Source: a virus
Taxonomy: Duplodnaviria; Caudoviricetes
Virus record (IMG/VR): IMGVR_UViG_3300022926_001762
Location: 1-55,918 of that record
Reading direction: 5' to 3' (one strand)
DNA length: 55,918 nt
The position numbers and the translations under genes are program-made. How positions within the stretch are numbered: the stretch's first letter is position 1; every line of letters begins with the position of its first letter. The notes under the pieces are model-generated. The model worked only from the letters and a program-made list of their open reading frames with translations, was not told the origin of the DNA and did no database searches. Of the stretch, positions 37,105-44,461 are shown one piece after another.

Positions 37105-38322
37105 ATGTTAGTAGAAATTCCAAACTTTTTATCGTACGAGGAGTGCGATAAACTAATCGAAAGAATCGACGAATCAAACACAAGATCTAGTGTTGCTGGT
37201 TCTGGATCAGATCAATCAAAGTATGATTCAGCCAGAACATCGTCAACATCCAACTTAGGAAAAGAAGAACTTTCTGTATTAATACAGACTAGAATAGCAA
37301 AAGAACTTAATATAGATCTGATTAGAGGAGAGGATCTTCAGGGGCAAAAATATGATCCTGGTCAGTACTTTAGACCTCATAATGATTTTTTTGAAGGAGA
37401 TTCATACACAAATCATTGTCTACACTCTGGTAACAGGACTCACACATTCATGATTTATTTAAATGATGATTTTGAAGGAGGAGAAACTAATTTCCCCAAC
37501 TTGGAAGCTTCTGTAAAGCCAGAAAAAGGCAAGGCTGTTTGGTGGTATGACATGAAAGATGGTGAGCTGCAAAGAGACACGCTTCACGAGGGTTCAGATG
37601 TTATTTCTGGATCTAAATACATAGTGACTTCCTGGTGGAGAGAAAAGCCATGGAATAACACTCTTGATTCTCAATTAGCTTCAGTTCATCACAGAAACAC
37701 TGCTCCCCCTGCTAAAACATTTAGCAATTGGGAGGACTTGCCCAAGATAGATCCAGTAGGATTTAAAGTTGTAAAAGTTCCTGAAGAAGCCTGGAGTATT
37801 ATACAGGAGATGTATGCTGAGGTTAAGGAAAGAGGCGTTGAAGAAAAATTTGAAGGAAAGGAGTCTATTATTCCAGGAGAAGGAATAACTAGCTATATAA
37901 TGGATATAAATAGTCTTCCAGAAAAAAGACTTATGGTTCATAATATGTTACTTCCCTTGCATCAGGAATTCGCAAAAGAAAGTATAGAGCCAACATTTAT
38001 ATATGGAATAAGATCTTACATGAGAGGTGCTGCTCTTCAGTTTCATAGAGACAGGATAGCTACTCACCACATATCATCAATAATTATTGTAGATAAAGAC
38101 TTGGCTTGTGGATGTGTAAATAAGCCAGAAGCAGATGATTGGGGATTAGACATCCAAGCACACGATGGCAGTTGGCATAACGTAACTGCTGAGGTTGGAG
38201 AAATGATATTATATGAATCAGCTACCTGCCAACATGGTAGAAACACAATATTCCGAGGTACTAGCTTTAATAACATGTTTGTTCATTATAGACTAAAAGA
38301 CTGGGAGTATGTCGGAAACTAA
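37105..38322 (+). CDS. Prolyl 4-hydroxylase-like 2OG-Fe(II) dioxygenase with a second 2OG-Fe(II) domain
   Basis: Domain 1: NFLS.EEC, RTS, E.LQ..Y..GQYF.PH.D, R..TFMIYLND..EGGET.FP, TLHEG..V..G.K. Domain 2: YGIRSY..GA.L..HRD...HGR. Confidence 0.9.
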   Translation: MLVEIPNFLSYEECDKLIERIDESNTRSSVAGSGSDQSKYDSARTSSTSNLGKEELSVLIQTRIAKELNIDLIRGEDLQGQKYDPGQYFRPHNDFFEGDSYTNHCLHSGNRTHTFMIYLNDDFEGGETNFPNLEASVKPEKGKAVWWYDMKDGELQRDTLHEGSDVISGSKYIVTSWWREKPWNNTLDSQLASVHHRNTAPPAKTFSNWEDLPKIDPVGFKVVKVPEEAWSIIQEMYAEVKERGVEEKFEGKESIIPGEGITSYIMDINSLPEKRLMVHNMLLPLHQEFAKESIEPTFIYGIRSYMRGAALQFHRDRIATHHISSIIIVDKDLACGCVNKPEADDWGLDIQAHDGSWHNVTAEVGEMILYESATCQHGRNTIFRGTSFNNMFVHYRLKDWEYVGN

Positions 38323-40876
38323 GTACATATCTTTTGATCCTTGGTGGGGAGGATACTCGAACATAAGGATGACCTATGAGATAGTAGCTGCTATATCTGT
38401 AATAACAGGAAGAAAGCTGATCATACCTCCAAAAATATACTGTTTATTTCTTTCTGAATGGGAAGATAAGTCTAGTTGGTTTGACATGTTTTCTACTTTA
38501 GACAAGGATCTTTTTTATGAGAATTTTGACTGTATTGATTATCATGATGTTCCAGAATACGCTTCGCTAGAAAACGAAACCCAATACTTTGAAAACGTAT
38601 CTAGTATTGCCAAAGTAATTACTTTTGGTGATCAAGACGACAAATTTGGTCCTATGAATGGTCCAGACCGTGATTATTTCATGTATTGTGGCATTGATGA
38701 TCAAAACGATTATAATTCTTTCGCACAAGGAAGAACTGGTATAAATCTGGATGTTGAGGATAAATTTTTGCACTTCCCAAGAAACCTTTTTGGACATTAT
38801 TATTATCACGTATACGGAAAGAATATTTCTACAAGAAACAAGGTTACTCATAAAGTAAACTTAGGAGTACAGTACAAGAAAAAATATTTCTATATCGCTA
38901 AACAAATCGTAGATGATTTAGGAGGTGAATTTGATTCCTTACACATAAGACGAAATGATTTTCTTCAAACAAGAAAAGACCATTCTGAGGCGCAAACAGA
39001 AAATCTGCTTACTGACATTGCAAATAGAATCAGAACAGACGTGCCAACATATGTTGCTACAGATGAAAAAGATAAAAACGTTTTCTCTGACCTACAAAAA
39101 GAGTACGACATACGATTTCTTAGCGACTTTAATTTAGGGCTAGATAGCCACGAAGAGTTAATGGTGGATCAGATAGTATGCTCCATGGGAGAAACCTTCT
39201 TAGGGAGCTTCTTATCTACCTTTTCGGACTATATAAACATACTTAGAGGGCAGTCTGGAAGGAAAGATATGCATAGAGAAGGAACTAATTTCAATAGAGG
39301 TGCTTTGAACTATGATACATTTCCTTGGCTAGCAGAGTCGTGGAGTTGGGACAAAACTTGGGACTACCACTGGAAATATGAGAAAGAAGGTTTTAACATA
39401 GGGATATATGGGTCTCACAACGCTTCTCTGTGTATATCAAAAGGAGGTGATGTATTGGAGGCTGTGGAGGTCGAAAGATGGACTGACATTAAAAACGCTG
39501 CATTTTGTTGTCATTTTCCGCTAAAAAACCCGACTAAAGTTTTAGCTGAGATAATAGATTACTTTAGAGACAAATATGGAGCATATAGATATGACAATTG
39601 TATAAACAATAGTTGTCCTTCAGAATTAAAGCTACTAGAAGAGATTCCAGCAGATAATTTTATTTGGATGCCTCATCATAAGGCTCATGTTTACAACGCT
39701 CTTTACCAAACTGATTTCGAAAAGTCTCTTGTAGTTACATTTGACGGAGGATCTGATGAGGGTCACTTCAATATATGGTTGGCAGAAGGAAAAGAGATTT
39801 CAAAAATACACACAACAACTCAGGACATTTGTGTTCCATATGCTGCTGTCGGTCACTACTTATCTCCTATAAAAAAAGAATTTAACTGGTGGTGGGGTAA
39901 CCTAATTTACGCAGGAAAAGTCATGGGGTTATCTGGATACGGAAAGTTTGATCAGGATATTTTTGAAAAAATGGATTCCTATTACAAACTACAGCAATCC
40001 GATTGTGCTAACAAAGCTCACGAAAACTTTCAAAAGACATTTAATCTTAATGGGGAGTCTAGGTTGGACGAAGAATTATCTAAAGATTTTGCATATATAA
40101 ATCAATATACGTTTGAATCTGTTTTCAGAGGGGTGGTAATGCCTTATGTTCGTAAATACCCAGATCACAAGCTAATATTTGCTGGTGGAGGCGCTATGAA
40201 TATAATAAACAACACTATTTGGGATGCCTACGTTACTCCTAATCCAGACGACAGGGGTCTTTCCTTTGGATTACTTGCAGGTACAATTAAACCAAAAACT
40301 ATTGATACTGCTTATTTGGGGTCATACCCTTTTGATGAGATAGGCTCTACAGAAGATATATCCATGGATGAATTGATACAGTCTTTAGACGAAGGTAGGA
40401 TTATAGGGATGATACATGGAAGGTCTGAGTATGGAGCTAGAGCATTAGGTAGGCGTAGCATAATTTGTATGCCAAGAGAAGGAATGAAGGATAAGCTCAA
40501 TGCCCAAGTAAAGCATAGAGAGTATTTTAGACCGTTTGCTCCAATATGCAGAGATGTTGATGTAGATGATTATTTTACTGATGTTCCATCGAACTTAAAG
40601 TACATGACTCACAACGCAATGTGTTCGGATAAAGACCTAGCTTCTGTCATACACGAAGATGGGACTTCAAGGCTTCAAATAGTATCAGAGGAATCTGAGC
40701 CGTTTGTGTATTCTATATTGACAGCTATGAAGGAAAAAGGTTTAAAGCCAGTTATATTAAATACATCATTTAATGTTATGGGTAAACCGATAATCAATAG
40801 GTACTCAGATGCAAGGGTTATGTTGAATAGCGGAGAATTGGATATGGTAATCAGTAATTTAAAAAAGTTAATATGA
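38309..40876 (+). CDS. Fusion of an O-fucosyltransferase-like (GT-B, POFUT-type) domain and a NodU/CmcH-family carbamoyltransferase
   Basis: N-terminus: GGYSNIRM, R.L..PP, SLHIRRNDF, YVATDE, VDQIVCS..FLGS..STFS. C-terminus (from about 39390): GSHNAS, HHKAH, DGG, GRSEYGARALG.RS, VKHRE.FRPFAP, LNTSFN. Confidence 0.85.
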   Translation: MSETKYISFDPWWGGYSNIRMTYEIVAAISVITGRKLIIPPKIYCLFLSEWEDKSSWFDMFSTLDKDLFYENFDCIDYHDVPEYASLENETQYFENVSSIAKVITFGDQDDKFGPMNGPDRDYFMYCGIDDQNDYNSFAQGRTGINLDVEDKFLHFPRNLFGHYYYHVYGKNISTRNKVTHKVNLGVQYKKKYFYIAKQIVDDLGGEFDSLHIRRNDFLQTRKDHSEAQTENLLTDIANRIRTDVPTYVATDEKDKNVFSDLQKEYDIRFLSDFNLGLDSHEELMVDQIVCSMGETFLGSFLSTFSDYINILRGQSGRKDMHREGTNFNRGALNYDTFPWLAESWSWDKTWDYHWKYEKEGFNIGIYGSHNASLCISKGGDVLEAVEVERWTDIKNAAFCCHFPLKNPTKVLAEIIDYFRDKYGAYRYDNCINNSCPSELKLLEEIPADNFIWMPHHKAHVYNALYQTDFEKSLVVTFDGGSDEGHFNIWLAEGKEISKIHTTTQDICVPYAAVGHYLSPIKKEFNWWWGNLIYAGKVMGLSGYGKFDQDIFEKMDSYYKLQQSDCANKAHENFQKTFNLNGESRLDEELSKDFAYINQYTFESVFRGVVMPYVRKYPDHKLIFAGGGAMNIINNTIWDAYVTPNPDDRGLSFGLLAGTIKPKTIDTAYLGSYPFDEIGSTEDISMDELIQSLDEGRIIGMIHGRSEYGARALGRRSIICMPREGMKDKLNAQVKHREYFRPFAPICRDVDVDDYFTDVPSNLKYMTHNAMCSDKDLASVIHEDGTSRLQIVSEESEPFVYSILTAMKEKGLKPVILNTSFNVMGKPIINRYSDARVMLNSGELDMVISNLKKLI

Positions 40877-41862
40877 AAACAGCTTTAGTTTTAGGTGGCG
40901 GAGGATTTATTGGTGGTCATTTAGCTAAAAGGCTAAAGGATGAGGGATTTTGGGTCTGCATCATTGATATTAAAGAAAAGCCTGAGTTTTTTAACGAAGA
41001 AGACATTTGCGACTTGTATGTTTCTTATGACTTGAGGTTGAATTCATCTCCTTGGTTTCTTGCTCCAGGTCAGCACAGTTTAGATGATAGTGAAAATTCA
41101 TTTGACGAAGTTTACAATTTAGCAGCTGACATGGGTGGCGCTGGGTATATATTTTCAGGAGAAAATGATTTTGAAGTCATGACTAACTCTGCATTAATAA
41201 ACATAAACGTAATAAAGAACTGCATTAAGTTTAACGTTAAAAGAGTTTTCTTTTCTAGTTCAGCCTGTGTTTACCCAGAATACAATCAGTTGAATGCGGA
41301 CAAGCCAATCACCAAAGAGGACACTGTTTATCCAGCAGCTCCAGATTCCGAGTACGGATGGGAGAAGTTGTTTTCAGAAAGAATTTACTTAGCTGCTGCA
41401 AGGAATTTAGGCATTAAAGTAAGGGTAGCTAGATATCACAATGTATATGGACCTAATTGCTCTTGGAATGACGGAAAGGAAAAAGCTCCTGCTGCTATGT
41501 GTAGAAAAGTGGCTGAATCAAAAGACTCTATAGAGGTTTGGGGTGACGGAGATCAAACCAGGTCATTCCTGTACATAGACGATTGCCTGGAGGCAACCAC
41601 AATGTTCATGAGAGGAGAAGAGTTTGAGGGACCAATTAATATCGGATCAGAAGAAATGGTGTCTATAAACGGTCTGGCAAATACGGTTATGAAAATAGCT
41701 AATAAGGAATTGGAAATAAATCATATAGAAGGACCATTAGGAGTTAGAGGTAGATCTTCTCATAACGATTTAATTAGATCTATTTTTAACTGGGAGCCAA
41801 AGTACAAACTTGTTGATGGTCTGCGTCCTACTTACGAATGGATAAAAAAGCAAATCTCTTAA
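40873..41862 (+). CDS. GDP-mannose 3,5-epimerase-like extended SDR
   Basis: GGGGFIG, NLAADMGG.GYI, SSSACVYPEY.Q, YGWEK, GKEKAPAA.CRK, WGDG.QTRSF and GVRGR motifs characteristic of GME. Confidence 0.85.
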   Translation: MKTALVLGGGGFIGGHLAKRLKDEGFWVCIIDIKEKPEFFNEEDICDLYVSYDLRLNSSPWFLAPGQHSLDDSENSFDEVYNLAADMGGAGYIFSGENDFEVMTNSALININVIKNCIKFNVKRVFFSSSACVYPEYNQLNADKPITKEDTVYPAAPDSEYGWEKLFSERIYLAAARNLGIKVRVARYHNVYGPNCSWNDGKEKAPAAMCRKVAESKDSIEVWGDGDQTRSFLYIDDCLEATTMFMRGEEFEGPINIGSEEMVSINGLANTVMKIANKELEINHIEGPLGVRGRSSHNDLIRSIFNWEPKYKLVDGLRPTYEWIKKQIS

Positions 41863-41867
41863 TTTAC

Positions 41868-41875
41868 TATCTTTG
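41868..41875 (+). promoter_or_regulatory. Bacteroidota -7 promoter box
   Basis: TATCTTTG 15 nt before the ATG at 41891. Confidence 0.6.
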
Positions 41876-41890
41876 TGAAAAATTCTGGCA

Positions 41891-43003
41891 ATGGCAGAGA
41901 ACAGTGGTATAAAGACGGTAACACGGCTAAGGAAATATATTAACGGAAAACCAACTAGGGACACTAAACCCAATACAGCTGGAGATCCTGATTATATTGC
42001 TCCTTATACTGATAATATAAGTTGCCCAATAACACCTCCACCTGTAGCTCCACCGCCACAAGTCGTTCCATCTGCACCTCCTCCTGTGTTCGTTGTAGAG
42101 GAAGAGCCTGGTCCAGATCCAAACTCATGTTCTGAATGTTCAACAACTGTTGTTGAGGATAAAGTGTGCTTGAGCTATCAAGTTTACAATTTATCTACTA
42201 AATATCAGCTTTCATTTCAGTATCAATCTTGCTTAAATGGAGAATGGATTTCAAGAGAAATGCAGCCATCAGAAGAGATGGTCGTTAGTAGTTTGTCTGA
42301 GCCTAAGTACAATTCAGGTCAAGGATCAGATCAGCTGGAGATTTATGAGGAGGCTATAATTCAAGGATTCAACGATATTGATATAAATAAATATCACTAC
42401 ATAACATATAACTGTTTTAATAACAAGGAAAAAAGATACGTTAGACACACCAGCCAATTAAATCCAGGAAACGTCGTAAAGACCGAACATAGCACTTGTT
42501 GCTGGCACGTTGATGAGCAAGTTTCTCCAAGAAAAGCTTTTGATATTATTGTAAATGAAACTAGCTCTATATATAATAACTGTAACGATTGTTGTACTGG
42601 AACAGCTACATTGCCAAGCAAAAACGCTGTACTTACAGGAACATTAAACTCATCAGCTAATTGCTCTAATTCAGTCATTCAAAGTTCTGTTTTTAACGTG
42701 ACTTCACCTGGGAACGTTAAGTTTACTTTTACTGTAAACACTAGTACTGGAGAATACACTAGAGGAACTGGACGAGTATTAAAGGTTGGAGACGGTCTAA
42801 CCGAGAAGGTTGCAAGCTTCCCTTTAAATCCTTATGGATATCCTCCATACGTTCAGAATGGAAAAGAAACTGCACTGCCTACAGAGGTTATTAGAATAGT
42901 AAATTTGAAAGTGGGTACATATAGATTAGAAATAGACCCCTTGACTTGTGCTTCTGGAGCATTTGGATTTGCTTCTTTAACTGCTGTTCCGCAAATAGAT
43001 TAA
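41891..43003 (+). CDS. Pro-rich, Cys-module virion appendage protein
   Basis: N-terminal motif shared with 36172; TPPPVAPPPQVVPSAPPPV linker; Cys modules similar to those in the 29836 C-terminus. Confidence 0.75.
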   Translation: MAENSGIKTVTRLRKYINGKPTRDTKPNTAGDPDYIAPYTDNISCPITPPPVAPPPQVVPSAPPPVFVVEEEPGPDPNSCSECSTTVVEDKVCLSYQVYNLSTKYQLSFQYQSCLNGEWISREMQPSEEMVVSSLSEPKYNSGQGSDQLEIYEEAIIQGFNDIDINKYHYITYNCFNNKEKRYVRHTSQLNPGNVVKTEHSTCCWHVDEQVSPRKAFDIIVNETSSIYNNCNDCCTGTATLPSKNAVLTGTLNSSANCSNSVIQSSVFNVTSPGNVKFTFTVNTSTGEYTRGTGRVLKVGDGLTEKVASFPLNPYGYPPYVQNGKETALPTEVIRIVNLKVGTYRLEIDPLTCASGAFGFASLTAVPQID

Positions 43004-43012
43004 ATATAAAAC

Positions 43013-43762
43013 ATGGCTAAAACTTTATCATATAAAAAAGACGCAAGAGGATGGACTTCATTTTATTCATATGAACCTGAGTGGATTGAAAATTTAAATG
43101 ACGATTACTTTACGTTTAAGGATGGTCAGATTTATATTCACCACCAAGACAAAGAAAGCAGAAATACGTTCTATGGCGAATCATCTCCATCTAAAATTGA
43201 GGTTGTCGCTAATGACGGACCTTCTGAAACTAAAATGTTTAGAGCCATCAAGCACGAAGGCAATAGCGGTGAGTGGAGCGTTAATGTAGAGAGCGAAATA
43301 GACAAAGGATATGTAGACGCTTCTTCTTTTCAAAAGAGAGAAGAGATGTATTATTCTTATATTAGAAATGACAACGGAGTTGTTGATACAAAAAAACTTA
43401 CAGTTCAAGGAATTGGAGTTGTTACTTCTGTGTCTCAAAACAAAATATATTTACCCAGCATAAGCGAATCTACTTGCTCCGTGGGAGACAGAGTGTTCAA
43501 GGCTTCTGTGAACGAAGAAACATCTGAAATTGGTGAAATGATTTTAGTTGGAGAAATACTAAGCATTGAATCAGACTATTTAGACACTACGAATGTGGTG
43601 TCAAATCCTGATGCTGGAGATTTTATTCTTATTGCTAAAAACCAATCAGCAGAATCTGAGGGAGTGAGAGGGTATTACGCAAAAATCAGCATGACTAACT
43701 CAAGTACCAGTCCTGTTGAGCTTTACGCTATAAACGCAGAAGCAACGAAGAGCAACTTGTAA
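43013..43762 (+). CDS. Tail protein, probably the separated C-terminal part of the stabilisation protein
   Basis: TLSY.....GWTSFYSYEPE...N..YFTFKDG.IY.H...RNTFYG and G.RGYY...ELYA motifs, recalled as following GGYDPY within single proteins of related phages. Confidence 0.65.
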   Translation: MAKTLSYKKDARGWTSFYSYEPEWIENLNDDYFTFKDGQIYIHHQDKESRNTFYGESSPSKIEVVANDGPSETKMFRAIKHEGNSGEWSVNVESEIDKGYVDASSFQKREEMYYSYIRNDNGVVDTKKLTVQGIGVVTSVSQNKIYLPSISESTCSVGDRVFKASVNEETSEIGEMILVGEILSIESDYLDTTNVVSNPDAGDFILIAKNQSAESEGVRGYYAKISMTNSSTSPVELYAINAEATKSNL

Positions 43763-43768
43763 AATTTG

Positions 43769-43776
43769 TATATTTG
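43769..43776 (+). promoter_or_regulatory. Bacteroidota -7 promoter box
   Basis: TATATTTG 16 nt before the ATG at 43793. Confidence 0.6.
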
Positions 43777-43792
43777 TTAAAAATTAGATAAC

Positions 43793-44458
43793 ATGGATCC
43801 ATTTACCGCAATTTCAATGGGAATAAGTGTTGTTGGAGGCGTCACCAAGATGATTGATGGCTTTTCCAAGAAGAAAGCAGCAGAGGAAAGAATGAGAAAG
43901 CTTGAAGCTGCTCCACTGCCTCTCAACGCCTACGAAGCACTACAATTACCTACAGAAGGAACTAAAGCTAGAACAGAAGCTTTAGAACGTCAACGCATGG
44001 ACACAACTGCTACTTTACAGCAAGCTGGAACAAGAGCTATGGGTCAAAGCTTAGGTAAGCTCAACGAGCAATCTATTGAAGGAATGAGAAAGATTGGAAT
44101 CGATACAGACGAGGCTATATTCAAAAAAGATCAAATGATAGCTGATGAACAGGCTAATATTTATGACGTACAAGAGCAAAGATTGTCTGGAGCTATGGCT
44201 TCAGCTTCTGCTGATATCGCATCTGGAACAGAAGCTTTGTACGGTGGTATGTCAGACATAGCGAACGTTGGATTGGCTATAGGTCAAAACAATGAAGCTA
44301 ATGCTGCATCAGAATTTGGCAGTCAAACTCCTTCTGCTATGAGGCAAAAAAATAGAATAGCTCAAAGAACCGAAAGAGGGGGCTCGAAAGTTAAGGTTGG
44401 ACTAGAGAATATAGGCGGAAGCGTATTCAGGGGAGTAAAGGGCTTATTTAAAAAATAG
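43793..44458 (+). CDS. Putative internal virion / ejection protein
   Basis: MDPFTAISMGISVVGG Gly/Ala hydrophobic N-terminus and Ala/Gln-rich helices typical of podovirus ejection proteins. Confidence 0.65.
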   Translation: MDPFTAISMGISVVGGVTKMIDGFSKKKAAEERMRKLEAAPLPLNAYEALQLPTEGTKARTEALERQRMDTTATLQQAGTRAMGQSLGKLNEQSIEGMRKIGIDTDEAIFKKDQMIADEQANIYDVQEQRLSGAMASASADIASGTEALYGGMSDIANVGLAIGQNNEANAASEFGSQTPSAMRQKNRIAQRTERGGSKVKVGLENIGGSVFRGVKGLFKK

Positions 44459-44461
44459 AAA

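Noticed and set aside
35224-41862. Interpretation as a DNA hypermodification or host LPS/capsule locus
   Set aside because: Not excluded but disfavoured: the genes are interleaved with Pro/Thr-rich structural genes in the tail module, the oxygenase is P4H-type rather than TET/JBP-type, and no flippase, polymerase or base hydroxymethylase is nearby
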